64,000 bases of DNA from an uncultured Pelagibacteraceae bacterium. Its GTDB lineage: Bacteria; Pseudomonadota; Alphaproteobacteria; Pelagibacterales; Pelagibacteraceae. Of this stretch, positions 20,255 through 30,090 are shown piece after piece (within the stretch, counting starts at the first letter, position 1; each line of letters starts with the position of its first letter). The position numbers and the translations under genes are program-made. The stretch is taken from assembly GCA_902566775.1 (NCBI GenBank), contig CACFKF010000001.1:59167-123166 (forward strand), in the 5' to 3' direction. The notes beneath the pieces are model-generated. The model made no database searches, was not told the DNA's origin, and saw nothing but the letters and a program-made list of their open reading frames with translations.

Positions 20255-20312
20255 AATTTATATTTCTTTTTACTAAAAATGAGATTAGGCTCAAAAAAAA
20301 AAATAAAAACTT

Positions 20313-21359
20313 ATGGGAAAAAATTTAATAGAAAGGCTTAACGAAGGTCCTGTTCTTTGTGCTGAAGGATATCTTTTTGCAATGGAAAGAAGAGGATATT
20401 TACAAGCTGGGGCATTTGTTCCAGAAGTAGTTTTAGAACACCCCGAAGTATTATCTCAATTGCATAGAGAATTTATAAGATCGGGAAGTGATGTTATCCA
20501 AGCTTTTACTTATTACGGTCATAGAGAAAAATTAAGGATTATTGGTAAAGAACAATTGCTTGAACCTCTTCAAAAAAATGCTTTGCAAATTGCAAATGAT
20601 GCTAGAAAAGAATTTAAAGATCTAGATCTAATGGTTTGTGGAGATGTTGCAAATACAAATATTTATGATCCAAATGACAAAAAATCGAATATAGAATGTC
20701 AAAAAATGTTCGAAGAACAAGTGGGTTGGGCAAAAGAAGCTGGTGTTGATTTTATAGTAGCCGAAACAATTGTTTGGGTAGAAGAAATGAAAATTGCACT
20801 TAAAGCAATTAAAGATGCAGGACTTATCGCGGTATGTAATTATGCATTTAGACGAGATGGTAAAACAAGAGATGGTTACGCTCCTGGAGATGCATGTAAA
20901 ATTTTGGAAGATAACGGCGCAGATGTAGTTGGATTAAATTGTTTCAGAGGACCAAAAATGACTATGAAACTTTTACCTGAAATAAGAAAAAATGTTTCAT
21001 GTCATGTTGCTGCTTTACCGGTTCCTTATAGAACAACTGAAAAAGATCCTGGTTTTTTAAATCAAACTGATGAAGGTTGTGACTGTATACCTGGAGGCAA
21101 TGCTTTTCCTGTTGCTCTAGATAATTTGTACTGCAATAGATTTGAAATGGCTGAATTTGCAAAAGAATGTGTGGAGAAAAAAATAAATTTTATCGGAATA
21201 TGTTGTGGAGCAGAACCTCATCATGTTAGGGAAATGGCAGTAGCTTTAGGAAGAAAACCTATTTCATACAAATATTATCCAGATATGTCTAAACATTATG
21301 CGCATGGTACAGACAAAAGTTTAAAAAAACACAATACAGACACTGCTAAAACTTTATAA
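20313..21359 (+). CDS. bhmT: Homocysteine S-methyltransferase, betaine-homocysteine methyltransferase-like
   Basis: EGYLFAMERRGY, AFTYY, GLNC and GICCG zinc ligands; directly upstream of a DMG dehydrogenase-like gene. Confidence 0.8.
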   Translation: MGKNLIERLNEGPVLCAEGYLFAMERRGYLQAGAFVPEVVLEHPEVLSQLHREFIRSGSDVIQAFTYYGHREKLRIIGKEQLLEPLQKNALQIANDARKEFKDLDLMVCGDVANTNIYDPNDKKSNIECQKMFEEQVGWAKEAGVDFIVAETIVWVEEMKIALKAIKDAGLIAVCNYAFRRDGKTRDGYAPGDACKILEDNGADVVGLNCFRGPKMTMKLLPEIRKNVSCHVAALPVPYRTTEKDPGFLNQTDEGCDCIPGGNAFPVALDNLYCNRFEMAEFAKECVEKKINFIGICCGAEPHHVREMAVALGRKPISYKYYPDMSKHYAHGTDKSLKKHNTDTAKTL

Positions 21360-21368
21360 GATCAATTA

Positions 21369-23777
21369 ATGGAAACTCATGCCAAAGTAGTTGTAATAGG
21401 TGGAGGAGTAGTTGGTTGTTCAATACTTTTTCATCTTGCAAAATTTGGTTTAAAAGATTGCGTTCTTCTTGAAAGAAAAGAACTTACTTCAGGATCATCT
21501 TGGCATGCAGCTGGAAATGTTCATGTAATTTCTAACGATCCAAATATTTCAAGATTAATGGCTTATACAATTAAGCTTTATAAAGAAATTGAAGAAACTT
21601 CAGGTCATTCAACTGGATTTAAGCCTAGCGGTGGTTTTTATTTAGCATCAAATGAAGTATGGGATGATTATTTAAAAAGAGAAAGATCAAAAGCAAGATA
21701 CATGGGTCTTGATCAGGAATTTATTTCTTTAGAAGAAGTAGCAAAAAAAAATCCATTAATTGATCCCAAAAGATATATTTCTGCATTATGGGATCCAATA
21801 GATGGCGAGGTAGATCCTTCGGGAGTTACTTATGCTTTTGCAAAAGCTGCTAAAGTTCATGGTGGAAAATATTACACAAACACAACTGTTAAAGACACAA
21901 AACAAAAACCAGATGGTACTTGGGATGTATTTACAAATAAAGGAAATATTAATGCTGAAATAGTAATTAATGCTGGAGGATTGTGGGCTAGAGAAGTTGG
22001 TCAAATGGCAGGAGTTTGTTTGCCAGTTCAACCGATGGAACACCATTATTTAATTACAGAATCAATACCAGAGATAGAAGCAATGGGTGAAGGTAAAAGA
22101 TTGCCAGTTGGAACAGATTTTGAAGGTAATATTTATTTTAGACAAGAAGGAAAAGGAATGCTTCTTGGAACTTATGAACCAAAATCAACTCCTTGGAAAG
22201 TAGAAGGAACTCCAATGAATTTTGGCCATGAACTTTTAGAACCTAAATTAGAAAATATTCAAGATAGACTGGCCATCGGCTTTAAAAGAATGCCAGCCCT
22301 AGAAAAAGCAGGAATAAAAAATATTGTTAATGGTCCTTTTACTTTTGGTCCAGATGGAAGTCCTTTAATTGGTCCTGTGCCAGGTTTAAAAAATTATTGG
22401 GTAGCAGTTGGAGTTATGGCGGGATTTTGCCAAGGAGGCGGTGTTGGAAAATGTATTGCTGAATGGATAATAGATGGCGAACCATCTATTGATGTTTGGG
22501 CTATGGATGTTGCAAGATTTGGTAATTATGCATCTCCACAATATGGAACTATTAAATCTTCAGAAAATTATGAAAGAAGATTTATTATGACTTTTCCAAA
22601 TGAAACTTTGCCCAAAGGAAGAAAACAAAAAACTACATCTCTCTATGATCGTTTTGTCTCAATGGGTGCTGTAATGGGTGATAGTTTTGGTTTGGAAAGT
22701 GTTTTGTGGTTCGCAAAAAATAAAGAAGATGCTCACGAAGAACCCACTATAAAAAGATCTAGATCACATGAATATGTTTCAAAAGAAGTTAAAAATGTTA
22801 GAGAAAACGTAGGTGTCATTGAAGTCGCAAATTTCTCTAAACATGAATTTCAAGGATCTGATGCAAGAAAATTTTTAAATTATGTTTTGGCAGGTCGAAT
22901 TCCAAAACCAGGTAGAATTTGTTTAAATCCAATGCTAACTCCAAAAGGCAAACTTTATGGTGATCTTACAGTTGCTTGTCTTAATGAAAATAGGTTTATT
23001 ATTTTTGGATCTGGTGCAGCTCAAGAAATGCATAGAAGATGGTTTGAAAGTCACTTAAAAAGTTTCAATGTTACCTACAAAAACAGATCAGATGATTTTC
23101 ATGGTCTTGCATTATCTGGGCCAAAATCTAGAGATTTATTACAAAAATTAGTTAAAGAAAATATTTCAAATAAAAACTTTAAATTTAGAGATGTTAAAGA
23201 AATGTATGTTGCTGGAGTTCCTGCTATTGTAAATAGAATTTCTTTTACTGGAGAACTTGGTTATGAAATTTATGTAGCTCCACATTTTCAATTAAAATTA
23301 TATGAAGAAATGGAAGCTGTTGGCAAAGAGTTTAATTTAAAACCTTTTGGCGGAAGAGCATTAATGTCTATGCGACTAGAAAAAAGCTGGGGTGCTTGGA
23401 CATTAGATTTTAGACCAGATTTTACCGCAAAAGAATCTGGATTAGATTTTTTTATTGATTGGAATAAAGATTTTATTGGAAAAGAAAGCGCAAAAAAAGA
23501 CAATAGCAAATTAAAACTTACTCCTCTAATTGTCGAAACTGATGATATCGATGTTACAAACAATGAAGCTGTAGTAAAAGATGGCACAAGTATTGGTTAC
23601 ATTACATCTGGCGGTTATGCTCATTATGTAAAAAAAAGTATTGCTTATTCTTATTTAGATAGAGAAATTTCAAAAAGTAACAAAAAATTCCAGGTAGAAA
23701 TTAATGGTAAATTTTATGATTGTTCAATAATAAAAGATCCTCTTTATGATCCACGTGGAACAAAAATGAGATCATAA
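21369..23777 (+). CDS. FAD-dependent oxidoreductase with GcvT domain (dimethylglycine/sarcosine dehydrogenase family)
   Basis: GGGVVG, LTSGSSWHAAG, FTFGPDG, RISFTGELGYE, SMRLEK and C-terminal PLYDP. Confidence 0.9.
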   Translation: METHAKVVVIGGGVVGCSILFHLAKFGLKDCVLLERKELTSGSSWHAAGNVHVISNDPNISRLMAYTIKLYKEIEETSGHSTGFKPSGGFYLASNEVWDDYLKRERSKARYMGLDQEFISLEEVAKKNPLIDPKRYISALWDPIDGEVDPSGVTYAFAKAAKVHGGKYYTNTTVKDTKQKPDGTWDVFTNKGNINAEIVINAGGLWAREVGQMAGVCLPVQPMEHHYLITESIPEIEAMGEGKRLPVGTDFEGNIYFRQEGKGMLLGTYEPKSTPWKVEGTPMNFGHELLEPKLENIQDRLAIGFKRMPALEKAGIKNIVNGPFTFGPDGSPLIGPVPGLKNYWVAVGVMAGFCQGGGVGKCIAEWIIDGEPSIDVWAMDVARFGNYASPQYGTIKSSENYERRFIMTFPNETLPKGRKQKTTSLYDRFVSMGAVMGDSFGLESVLWFAKNKEDAHEEPTIKRSRSHEYVSKEVKNVRENVGVIEVANFSKHEFQGSDARKFLNYVLAGRIPKPGRICLNPMLTPKGKLYGDLTVACLNENRFIIFGSGAAQEMHRRWFESHLKSFNVTYKNRSDDFHGLALSGPKSRDLLQKLVKENISNKNFKFRDVKEMYVAGVPAIVNRISFTGELGYEIYVAPHFQLKLYEEMEAVGKEFNLKPFGGRALMSMRLEKSWGAWTLDFRPDFTAKESGLDFFIDWNKDFIGKESAKKDNSKLKLTPLIVETDDIDVTNNEAVVKDGTSIGYITSGGYAHYVKKSIAYSYLDREISKSNKKFQVEINGKFYDCSIIKDPLYDPRGTKMRS

Positions 23778-23857
23778 TCTAGTTTGAGTTGAATCGTATT
23801 TGATTTTTTTTCAAAAATATGTTCTCATTACAAAATAAACTTACTTAAGGAGAAATA

Positions 23858-24877
23858 ATGAAAATAAAAAAAATAATAATTTCTTTATTATCTGTATTGT
23901 TTTTTAGTGTTTTTAGCACATTAGCAAATGCAGGTTGTGGAAAACTAGTTATTGCTGAACAAAACTGGGCATCTGCGGAACTGATGGCCAATGTTGACAA
24001 AATCATTTTAGAAAAAGGTTATGGATGTGAAGTAGAGCTTGTTCCGGGCGCAACAATGCCAACTTTTACTTCAATGAATGACAAAGGAACACCTGATATG
24101 AACCCAGAACAATGGGCTAATGCAGTTTATGAACCATTAAAAAAAGCAGTAGCAGAAAAAAGAATAATTGTAGCTAACAAAGCACCAATTACTGGTCTTG
24201 GCGAAGGTTGGTGGATAACTCCAGGAACTATAAAAAAATACCCACAAATAAAAGGTATGACTGCTGTTGAAATCTTGGAACATCCAGAATGGTTTCCTTA
24301 TAAAGAAGATCCATCAAAAGGAGGCTTCATGGGCTGTCCAGCAGGTTGGGGATGTCAATTAGCTAATGCAAATCTATTCAAAGCTTTTGAAATGGAAAAA
24401 AAAGGTTGGGTATTAATTGACCCAGGTTCTGCTGCAGGTTTAGATGGTTCTATCTCTAAGGCAGCTGATTCAGGAGATCCTTGGTTTGGTTACTACTGGA
24501 ACCCTACTTCAATGGTTGGAAAATATGATTTACAACCAGTTGAATTTGGTGTGCCTTACGGTGGTGATGAAAATTGGAATACCTGCATAGTTAAGCCTGA
24601 ACAAGAATGTGCAGATCCAAAACCATCTTCTTGGATTGAATCAGAAGTAAATTCACTTGTTACAGCAAACTTTGCTAAAACTGGAGGAAAAGATGTTTTG
24701 TCATATGTTGAGAAACGTACTTATCCAGGTCCTGTAATGAATGGAATGCTTGTGTATATGGCAGACAACCAAGCAAAAGGTTCAGATGCAGCAATTGAGT
24801 TTTTGAAAAAGCATGAAGATGTTTGGAGTAAATGGGTATCTTCAGGTGCAGCTAAAAAAATCAAAGCTGGTCTTTAA
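23858..24877 (+). CDS. Glycine betaine/proline-type ABC substrate-binding protein (ProX/HisX-like), paralog 1
   Basis: Signal peptide; NWASAE, GYGCEV, CPAGWGC and GYYWNP. Confidence 0.85.
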   Translation: MKIKKIIISLLSVLFFSVFSTLANAGCGKLVIAEQNWASAELMANVDKIILEKGYGCEVELVPGATMPTFTSMNDKGTPDMNPEQWANAVYEPLKKAVAEKRIIVANKAPITGLGEGWWITPGTIKKYPQIKGMTAVEILEHPEWFPYKEDPSKGGFMGCPAGWGCQLANANLFKAFEMEKKGWVLIDPGSAAGLDGSISKAADSGDPWFGYYWNPTSMVGKYDLQPVEFGVPYGGDENWNTCIVKPEQECADPKPSSWIESEVNSLVTANFAKTGGKDVLSYVEKRTYPGPVMNGMLVYMADNQAKGSDAAIEFLKKHEDVWSKWVSSGAAKKIKAGL

Positions 24878-24889
24878 AATATAATTTAT

Positions 24890-24928
24890 TTAACGAGCCT
24901 ATAATTAAATAGGCTCGTTAATTTTTTT
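24890..24928 (+). terminator. Terminator-like hairpin after the binding-protein gene
   Basis: 13-bp stem TTAACGAGCCTAT / ATAGGCTCGTTAA followed by T7. Confidence 0.8.
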
Positions 24929-24937
24929 AGGAATTAG

Positions 24938-25822
24938 ATGGAATTTTTTACTAAGTTTCCTGTGATGGAACGTCAGGCTCTGATGGAGTTCAGAAAAGGA
25001 GTTGATTTTGCTTTTAGGGATTTTTCTAGAGCCTATGGAGATGGTATAGAAGCTTTTTTCGATCCATTATTGTTTTTTTTAGTCAGATTAGAAAAATTAT
25101 TAATTAATTCACCTTGGATAATAATTATAGCTATTATTTGTGGTTTAGCGTGGTTAGGTTCCAAAAACTGGAAACTTGTAGTTGGTACCGCAGTAGCATT
25201 CTTTCTTATTGGTTACTTTGGTATGTGGAAAGATACCATGGCAACAGTAGCAATTATAACTGTGTGTGTGATCATATGTATGATTGTAGGAATACCAGTC
25301 GGAGTATTGATGGCTCGATCAAATAGAGTTGAAAAAACAATTTTGCCAGTTTTAGATATGATGCAAACAATTCCAAGCTTTGTATATCTAATTCCAATAC
25401 TGATGCTGCTAGGAATTGGAAAGGTTCCTGGCTTGATAGCTATTTGTATATACGCAGTCCCACCAATAATAAGATTGACAAATTTAGGAATAAGGGAAGT
25501 CGATAAAGAAACAATAGAAGCAAGTGTAGCTTTTGGAGCTACTCCAATACAAAGATTAAAAACTGTGCAAATACCTCTAGCTCTTCCGACTGTTTTTGCT
25601 GGTGTTAACCAAACAATTATGATGGCATTGGCTATGGTTGTTATTGCTTCAATGATAGGAGTAAAAGGTTTGGGAGTACCAATTTTAAGAGCTGTTTTAA
25701 ATCAATATCTTGCTTTAGGATTATTTAATGGTTTGGCAATTGTAGCTTTAGCAATTATCTTTGATAGGATTGCCCAAGAGTACGGGCGAAGAATTCAAAA
25801 ACATCGTGGAATAAAAAGATAA
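24938..25822 (+). CDS. proW: ProW-type ABC permease, paralog 1
   Basis: PVLDMMQTIPSFVYLIP, EASVAFGAT and GVNQTIMMALAMVVIASMIG. Confidence 0.85.
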   Translation: MEFFTKFPVMERQALMEFRKGVDFAFRDFSRAYGDGIEAFFDPLLFFLVRLEKLLINSPWIIIIAIICGLAWLGSKNWKLVVGTAVAFFLIGYFGMWKDTMATVAIITVCVIICMIVGIPVGVLMARSNRVEKTILPVLDMMQTIPSFVYLIPILMLLGIGKVPGLIAICIYAVPPIIRLTNLGIREVDKETIEASVAFGATPIQRLKTVQIPLALPTVFAGVNQTIMMALAMVVIASMIGVKGLGVPILRAVLNQYLALGLFNGLAIVALAIIFDRIAQEYGRRIQKHRGIKR

Positions 25823-25843
25823 CATATATTATTATATATTGTT

Positions 25844-26695
25844 GTGAATAAAGAATTATTACGAACCTTAACTAACAAAGAAATTGATACTTATCATCGT
25901 GACGGTGTTGTGCCATTAAGAGGTATGTTTGATAAGGACTGGATTGAACTTTTAAATAAAGGGCTTAATGTTAATTGCGAATACCCAACAGAACGTTCTC
26001 GCATATGGAATAAAGATGAGGCAGGACATACCATGTTTTATGACACTTTAGCCTGGAAAGAAATTGAAGAATATAAAAAGTTTATTTTTGACTCTCCAGC
26101 TGCTCAAATTTGTGGTCAATTGATGAAAGCAAAAGCTGTCTATTATTTTTTCGATGCGGTATTCGTGAGATCTGCTGGTACTAAATTTGAAACTCCTTGG
26201 CATCAAGATGAACCTTATTGGTCTATAGAAGGTTATGACGCATGTACACTTTGGATGCCTTTAGTGCCAGTTAAACAAAAAAATTGCTTGTCATTTGTGC
26301 CAGGTTCACATCTTTTTAAATCTGTTTTTAATCAAAAAAATTTTGGTGAACTCACTGGACATCCTAAAGATCAAGTCGATTTTTCTAAAGTCGCTAATGA
26401 AGATTTTCCAGATATCGATGCAGATCCTGAGCACTTTGGTGTGGTGAACTGGGAATTACAGCCAGGCGATTGTATCGCCTTTAATGGTCGAACTATGCAT
26501 GGAGGTTCGGGAAAGCTAGACAATGACACTAGTTTAAAAGTTTTTACCACTAAGTGGATGGGTGATGATGTGCGTATTAAGTTTCGTAATTACGGCATGG
26601 ATCCAGATTTTAGTTCTGTAATGATTAAAAAAGGTTTAAAATCTGGTGACCGACCTAGTACGGACATGTATCCATTAATATGGAGTAAAAAATAA
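25844..26695 (+). CDS. PhyH family Fe(II)/2-oxoglutarate dioxygenase
   Basis: TPWHQDEPYW, FVPGSH and LQPGDCIAFNGRTMHG. Confidence 0.88.
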   Translation: MNKELLRTLTNKEIDTYHRDGVVPLRGMFDKDWIELLNKGLNVNCEYPTERSRIWNKDEAGHTMFYDTLAWKEIEEYKKFIFDSPAAQICGQLMKAKAVYYFFDAVFVRSAGTKFETPWHQDEPYWSIEGYDACTLWMPLVPVKQKNCLSFVPGSHLFKSVFNQKNFGELTGHPKDQVDFSKVANEDFPDIDADPEHFGVVNWELQPGDCIAFNGRTMHGGSGKLDNDTSLKVFTTKWMGDDVRIKFRNYGMDPDFSSVMIKKGLKSGDRPSTDMYPLIWSKK

Positions 26696-26701
26696 TTTAA
26701 A

Positions 26702-28132
26702 ATGCTTGAAAAAAGAGATTTTTATATAAATGGAAAATGGGTTAAACCTTTTAAATCAAATGATTTTGAAGTAATTAATCCATCCAATGAAGAGCCTTTT
26801 GCTATCATTTCTCTAGGATCTAAAGAAGATACAGATGCAGCAGTAAAATCTGCAAAAGAAGCTTTTGCTAAATGGAAAGAAACTTCTAAAGAAGAAAGAA
26901 TAAATCTTTTAGAAAAATTACTTAAAATATACAAAAAAAGATTTAATGAATTAGTTGAAGCACAATCAATAGAGATGGGTGCTCCAATTGATTATTCAAA
27001 ATCGGATCAAACTGCTGCTGGTCAAATACATCTGGAAGATTTTATATTAAGACTAAAGAATTTTAAATTTGAAAAACATTTTGACTCAAAATCTAACAAT
27101 CACATATGTTACGAGCCTATTGGAGTTTGTGGTTTAATTACACCCTGGAATTGGCCAATTAACCAAATAGCTTTGAAAGTTTTTCCAGCTTTTGCAACTG
27201 GATGCACTATGGTTCTTAAACCGCCTGAGATAGCTCCTATTTCGCCAATGTTATTTGCTGAAATGGTTCACGAAGCAGGTTTTCCAAAAGGAGTTTTTAA
27301 TTTAGTTAATGGAGATGGACCCGGAGTTGGAACACAAATTTCAGGTCATCCAGATATTGATATGATTTCATTTACTGGATCAACAAGAGCAGGAAAACTT
27401 ATTTCAAAAAATGCCGCAGATACAACAAAAAGAGTTTGTTTAGAATTAGGTGGCAAAGGTGGAAACATAGTTTTTGCAGATTCGTATCCTAATGCAGTAA
27501 GAGATGGTGTTAGAAATGTAATGAGTAATTCGGGTCAAAATTGTGATGCGCCAACGAGGATGCTTGTTGAAAAATCTATTTATGAAAGAGCTGTGAGAGA
27601 AGCAACAGATGAAGCAAATAAAATTAATGTAGATCTTGCTTCGAAAGAAGGAGATCATATAGGTCCTGTAATTTCAAAAACTCAGTACGATAAAATAATT
27701 AATTTAATTAAAATTGGTATTGAAGAAGGAGCAACTCTATCAACAGGAGGTCCTGAACTTCCAAAAGACTTAAGCAAAGGCTATTTTATTAAGCCAACTG
27801 TATTTTCTAATGTGACAAATGAAATGCAAATAGCCAAAAAAGAAATTTTTGGACCTGTTCTTTGTATAATTCCATTTGAAACAGAAGAAGAAGCAATTGC
27901 AATTACAAATGACACAGAATACGGTCTTGGAAACTACATACAAACCGAAGATAAAGAAAAAGCAAAAAGAGTCGCTAAAAAATTAAGATCAGGATTGGTT
28001 TATATAAATGGAAATTCCCTAGATCCTGGAACGCCTTTTGGTGGATTTAAACAATCAGGCAATGGTCGCGAAGGTGGTATTTGGGGTTTAGAAGAGTTTC
28101 TAGAGGTAAAAACAATTACCGGCTGGAAATAA
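26702..28132 (+). CDS. Aldehyde dehydrogenase, paralog 2
   Basis: ITPWNWP, FTGSTRAG, LELGGK, GQNC and EIFGPV; clearly similar to 7285-8718. Confidence 0.92.
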   Translation: MLEKRDFYINGKWVKPFKSNDFEVINPSNEEPFAIISLGSKEDTDAAVKSAKEAFAKWKETSKEERINLLEKLLKIYKKRFNELVEAQSIEMGAPIDYSKSDQTAAGQIHLEDFILRLKNFKFEKHFDSKSNNHICYEPIGVCGLITPWNWPINQIALKVFPAFATGCTMVLKPPEIAPISPMLFAEMVHEAGFPKGVFNLVNGDGPGVGTQISGHPDIDMISFTGSTRAGKLISKNAADTTKRVCLELGGKGGNIVFADSYPNAVRDGVRNVMSNSGQNCDAPTRMLVEKSIYERAVREATDEANKINVDLASKEGDHIGPVISKTQYDKIINLIKIGIEEGATLSTGGPELPKDLSKGYFIKPTVFSNVTNEMQIAKKEIFGPVLCIIPFETEEEAIAITNDTEYGLGNYIQTEDKEKAKRVAKKLRSGLVYINGNSLDPGTPFGGFKQSGNGREGGIWGLEEFLEVKTITGWK

Positions 28133-28140
28133 TCAAATAA

Positions 28141-28785
28141 ATGGCTCATTTATTAATCCATAGAGGGATTGTAAATAAACAATACAAAGAAAACCTTCTT
28201 AAATCATTTAAGCAATCTTTTAAAAAGGGCTATGGAATTGAAACTGACATCCATGCCACAAAAGACCACGAATTTATTTGCTTTCATGATTTTACACTAA
28301 ATAGAATTTTTAAAAAAAAAGAAAGTGTGAAAAATATGAAATATTCTCAAATTAAAAAAATAAGTGCTCAAAATAAAAAACCAATTCCACTTTTAAAAGA
28401 TTTGCTAAAAATTTCAAAAAATAAATACTCTTTATTCATTGAAATAAAACCAGCTTTCTCTAAAAAACTTTTACAAAAGTTATTGAAAGAAACATCTAAA
28501 TTTTCAAAGTGTGTATTTATTTCTTTTAATCATAAAAATATTTACAATTTGTTAAAAATAAAAAATAATATAAAAGTAGGGTTATCTTTTTCACCCTCTA
28601 TAAGTGTTAAAACAATTATCAAAAAATCAAATAATAAAAAGATTAACTATTTAATCTTGGATAAGTTTTTTTTAAAAAATAAAAATATTCAAAATTTGAA
28701 AATTAAAAAATATTATTACACAATCAAAACAAAATTGGAATTTAACAATTATAGTAATAATAATTTGATATTTGAGAATTTATAA
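28141..28785 (+). CDS. Glycerophosphodiester phosphodiesterase (GDPD) family protein, divergent
   Basis: IHRG, ENLLKSF, GIETDIH, CFHD and EIK; the C-terminal half is very Lys-rich. Confidence 0.75.
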   Translation: MAHLLIHRGIVNKQYKENLLKSFKQSFKKGYGIETDIHATKDHEFICFHDFTLNRIFKKKESVKNMKYSQIKKISAQNKKPIPLLKDLLKISKNKYSLFIEIKPAFSKKLLQKLLKETSKFSKCVFISFNHKNIYNLLKIKNNIKVGLSFSPSISVKTIIKKSNNKKINYLILDKFFLKNKNIQNLKIKKYYYTIKTKLEFNNYSNNNLIFENL

Positions 28786-28787
28786 AA

Positions 28788-29915
28788 TTATTTTTTTAAA
28801 TAATTTAATCTTCCAATAATTTCATCTCTGTCCATATAGTAGCCTTGGAGATGTCTGTGACCTGAGTGCGGATCAAATTCTGTTCTTCCATGCAAAATTC
28901 TTCTATTGCTAAATGAAAAAATGTCTCCAGGTTCTAATCGAAATTTAATTTGAAATTTATCATCATGTAAAAGATTGCCAAATCTATGATGGGCTTTATA
29001 AACTTTATCCATAACATTAGGATGACAATCTAATGTATCCATAGTAGCAACACTAAATCTTATGTCGTTGTAGTCACCATCTTTAGTTAGGCTAATTGCC
29101 GGACCATAAAAACTTCTGTGAGATTGTTGAGTATAATCTTTATCTCTAAATTTAAGAGGCACATTTACCAAAGTGTCAAAAATTTCTTTTTCATTTTTTC
29201 TTAAATAATCAGCAACTGCAAATGCATCTACAGCTGAAGAATCGCCGCCTTTGGTATTATTAATTAAACAATGAAGAAACTGATAGCCTGGAGGATTTTC
29301 AAACCAAGGTAAATCCATATGATTTCTTAAACTGTGCGCTGTGTAAGCAGAATTATTTGGTTTCGGAATATTTATAACCTCAAAAGGTGTTTTAAAAAAA
29401 GTTTCTCTTGTATGGCTTATTCTATTAAGAACTGGAAATGCGGATTTTTTTTCAGTTGGAGTATTTTTTACAATTGCAATTCCTTTGTAATGTAAAAGTT
29501 CTAACCATTTTATCAAACCCTCATCTGAATTAATTATTTCATCATGCTCTATACTGATAGATTTTAAATTTTTTTGTAACGAATTGTTCCATAATTGATA
29601 AGGAGACACATATTTTTTTTTGTTATTTATAGTGTAACAATTTTTTCGAAGCCATTCTTGATCATAATAACTTGTGTGATTGCCTTCGCTCCATTCTATT
29701 TCTAGTTTACCTTCATTGTTAACTTTGCAAGACTTGGGTTCTATGCTTGTTGAGAGATTAAGTATATTAAACATTCTATGTCTTGAGTCTTTATCATGTG
29801 CTGTTGGGCAATTGTCTCTTAACCACATAAAGTTAAAATTGCTTTTTTCTCCATCACTCCATTCAACATTTAATGCTGAGCCATTTTTTGAAACTTTAGA
29901 AATTTCTACTGCCAT
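28788..29915 (-). CDS. Gamma-butyrobetaine dioxygenase-like TauD/TfdA family enzyme
   Basis: N-terminal WLRDNC (GBBH-like), AYTAHSLRNHMDLPW, QFLHC, NRRILHGR and RHLQGYY. Confidence 0.85.
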   Translation of the reverse strand: MAVEISKVSKNGSALNVEWSDGEKSNFNFMWLRDNCPTAHDKDSRHRMFNILNLSTSIEPKSCKVNNEGKLEIEWSEGNHTSYYDQEWLRKNCYTINNKKKYVSPYQLWNNSLQKNLKSISIEHDEIINSDEGLIKWLELLHYKGIAIVKNTPTEKKSAFPVLNRISHTRETFFKTPFEVINIPKPNNSAYTAHSLRNHMDLPWFENPPGYQFLHCLINNTKGGDSSAVDAFAVADYLRKNEKEIFDTLVNVPLKFRDKDYTQQSHRSFYGPAISLTKDGDYNDIRFSVATMDTLDCHPNVMDKVYKAHHRFGNLLHDDKFQIKFRLEPGDIFSFSNRRILHGRTEFDPHSGHRHLQGYYMDRDEIIGRLNYLKK

Positions 29916-30090
29916 AAATAATTGTTATTCCATTTAGTTTTATTTGCAATTCAATTTATAATTGAATTTAAAAAATATATGCTATTTTTTTCCCTACTTT
30001 ACTGGATTACATTAATATCAATAAAGGTTGTATTTTGTGTCAGATAAGTTTTAATACGGCGAGTTTAAACTTAATAATGGAGGGAATTTC

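Noticed and set aside
20255-20312. SAM-II/SAM-V riboswitch upstream of the bhmT-like gene
   Set aside because: The gap is only 58 bp, mostly A/T runs, and I could not find the pseudoknot-forming core of either class.
25844-29915. Phosphonate oxidation (PhnY/TmpA with PhnZ/TmpB)
   Set aside because: PhyH- and BBOX-like enzymes are present, but the required HD-domain oxygenase is not in the window.
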